Of a stretch of 64,000 nucleotides of DNA, positions 62,006 to 64,000 are shown one piece after another; within the stretch, counting starts at the first letter, position 1; each line of letters begins with the position of its first letter. The translations under genes and the position numbers were made by a program. Under the pieces are notes generated by a model that was not told where the DNA came from, did no database searches, and saw nothing but the letters and a program-made list of their open reading frames with translations. Source of the DNA: Felis catus (taxonomy: Eukaryota); NCBI RefSeq assembly GCF_018350175.1, contig NC_058383.1, forward strand, positions 20,586,001 through 20,650,000, in the 5' to 3' direction.

Positions 62006-62663
62006 GTATCAGGATGGGTGAGCTTGTGCTTTAGTGACAACCAGCCCCCATAGCTCAGTGTCTTAAAACGAACAAGGTTTGGGCGCCTGGGTGGCTCAGT
62101 CGGTTGAGCGTCCGACTTCGGCTCGGGTCATGATCTCGCGGTTCGTGGGTTCGAGCACCCGCGCCGGGCTCTGTGCTGACAGCTTGCTCAGAGCCTGGAG
62201 CCTACTTCCGATCCTGTGTCTCCTTCTCTCTCTCTGCCCCTCCCCCGCTCATGCTCTGTCTCACTGTTTCTGAAAAATAAAAAAAAATGTAAATTAAAAA
62301 AATTAAAAAAACAAACAAACAAGGTTTATTTATTACTCATGCAGCATGTGCGATACAACTGGCCACCAAGGAGGGCACGGGCATCGGTTGCTCCGTGAAG
62401 TCAGCACGTAGGACCCTGGGGGACAGTCCACCGTCTAATGAAGCCACTCTTTTCCACGTGAAGCCCCCGCGTGGCTGCCACAGGAGAGAGAGGAGGACGG
62501 AGAATCGCACACCAGTTGCTAACATCTTCTGCACAGAACTGGCGCGTGCCATTTTTCATCAGTCCGAACAGGTCGCGGGGCCGTGCCTAGCCTCGAGGGG
62601 GCTGGGGGCGCACCAGAAAGAGAAACCAGAAATGATGGGTGAGCGTTAGTGACATCTGCCATA
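62006..62663 (-). mobile_element. Ancient ERVL/MaLR solo LTR (LTR33/MLT1-like) interrupted by a SINE
   Basis: tgtatcaggatggg...gtgacaaccagccccc...ctcagtgtcttaaaac...aaggtttattt...ctcatgcagcatgt...tctgccata. Confidence 0.65.
62081..62312 (+). mobile_element. SINEC_Fc
   Basis: 15-bp TSD aaac(g/a)aacaaggttt at 62066-62080 and 62313-62327. Confidence 0.95.
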
Positions 62664-63557
62664 GCGTTCTTTCCCAACGGTGGGACGGCTGCACAGAAAG
62701 GTTAGGCAACGTACGTGCCCAAGTTCAAACCGACAGTGGGGCTCGGTTGAAACCAGTGAACCAAAAACCCAGTCCATCCGATCATTCCCTTAACCAAAGG
62801 GGTGAACACGATCCTCAAGGCCGGACAAGAGAGCGCCTGGGGAAGGGAAGGGTACAGAGTTGAGACGTCTCAAAGACAACAGTTGAAGAAACAGGGGGTG
62901 AAGGTTAGCAAGCCATCAAGGACTGCTGCTGGACGGCCCCATAGCCATCGCTGCACCCCGGGGAGGGTGACAACGTGAAAACGAACAGCTGTCGTCATGT
63001 CAAGGTTGAGGTTTAGAGAACGTTAAGGGAGCATCAAAGTGATGGACAGAATCGGACGCCCAGAACGCATCTCCATAAACGCTATGCTTTATAGATGCTC
63101 TGGAACACCACTTAGTTCCCACCTCCCTCCTGTCTCAAAGAATACGACGCCCGAATTAAGTGGCGGCTGCCTCTACTGAAGTTCCAAAAAGGCCTGGGGC
63201 TCTCTTTCTGGCCTCCAACGCTTGATACGTACTATTTCCTCGTCCCCAGACATTCTTCCGGTTTCTCCACCTGGGTAAGTCCTCTTGACCCTATGGATTC
63301 AGCTTAGACACCTCCTCTCACGTAAGCTGAGCACAGCTGTGTGCCCCGGAGAGGACCTCCAAGACGGTGTCTCTCTGCCTTATCAACAGACCTCCTGCAT
63401 AATGTTTAAAATGCCTCAAAAACTCCTCAAGGGCCCCATCTGGAATTTCTCCATCCCCTGACTCCTCAGTCTCCAGCAGGGCGCCTGGCACCTTTGAGAG
63501 TCTCCAAAAATGCCTGTTGAACGAACGACTATGTTTGGCAAAAAATGCGATATAGTC

Positions 63558-63951
63558 CAGGGCTTCTCAAACTTGGATGTATGTCTTTATTACCTAGAGA
63601 CATCAAAATTTGTTTTTTTTTTTTCATTTTGGAGAGAGAGAGAGAGAGAGAGCACAAGCAGGGGGAGGGGCAGAGAGAGAGGGACACACGGAATCCGAAG
63701 CAGCCGCCGGGGCTCTGAGCACAGAGCCGGATGCGGGGCTCGAACCCACGCACCGTGAGATCGCGACCTGAGCTGAAGTTGGACGCTGAACTGACTGAAC
63801 CACCCAGGCGCCCGCCCCGCCTTCCTGGGATATTTGAAAATCAGAGTTTGACTCAGTGGGGACAGGATGGTGCCCGAGATCGTACATTTCCAGTAAGTTC
63901 TCAGGTGATGCTAACAGGCGCTGGTCCAGGGACACACTTTGATCAGCAAGG
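63558..63951 (-). mobile_element. MER5A-like MITE split by a SINE
   Basis: cagggcttctcaaactt...; ...catttccagtaagttctcaggtgatgctaacaggcgctggtccagggacacactttga. Confidence 0.75.
63609..63813 (-). mobile_element. SINEC_Fc
   Basis: Reversed full SINE ending ...gaaccacccaggcgccc. Confidence 0.93.
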
Positions 63952-64000
63952 CTGCATTGCACATGCTCCACCTGTACCGCTTCATCACACTGTGCCCGGG

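Larger units (their letters stand above)
21445..64000 (-). other. HS3ST4: Distal part of the large HS3ST4 intron
   Basis: No upstream HS3ST exon (with the 5'-PSB loop) is found in the window. HS3ST4 is, as I recall, a two-exon gene with a very large intron. Confidence 0.75.

Noticed and set aside
217..63971. Recurrent ORFs with WVAQSVKRPTSAQV / SSSPASGSVLTAQSLEPASDSVSPSLS / ERERER peptides
   Set aside because: Translations of SINEC_Fc copies, not a gene family
1..64000. CRISPR array, prokaryotic defence system, intact retrovirus or other novel multi-gene system
   Set aside because: No regularly spaced repeat-spacer array, no long unexplained ORFs and no gag/pol/env; all dispersed repeats fit known mammalian transposon classes

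Overview
Mammalian (carnivore, almost certainly felid) genomic DNA, not prokaryotic. The only supportable protein-coding sequence is the terminal coding exon of HS3ST4 (heparan sulfate glucosamine 3-O-sulfotransferase 4) on the minus strand, 21444->20808, with a clean splice acceptor. Everything to its right (21445-64000) reads as intron. Its 3' UTR and downstream intergenic DNA lie to the left. The rest is dominated by repeats: about 34 tRNA-derived carnivore SINEs (SINEC_Fc/CanSINE, many with readable target-site duplications), L1 3' fragments, ancient L2/MIR, MaLR/ERVL solo LTRs, hAT MITEs (MER3/5/58) and microsatellites. Nearly all other ORFs in the track are repeat-derived or chance ORFs. 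I found no evidence of a new protein-coding system. The most interesting structure is a series of four head-to-head inverted SINE pairs: two intact with ~30-bp spacers built from their own TSDs, and two with damaged or deleted centres. Also notable are an old solo LTR that keeps a textbook promoter layout antisense to HS3ST4, a SINE with a composite hairpin-containing tail, and CpG-rich intronic patches. Repeat family names come from my recollection of consensus sequences, and the boundaries of ancient repeats are approximate.
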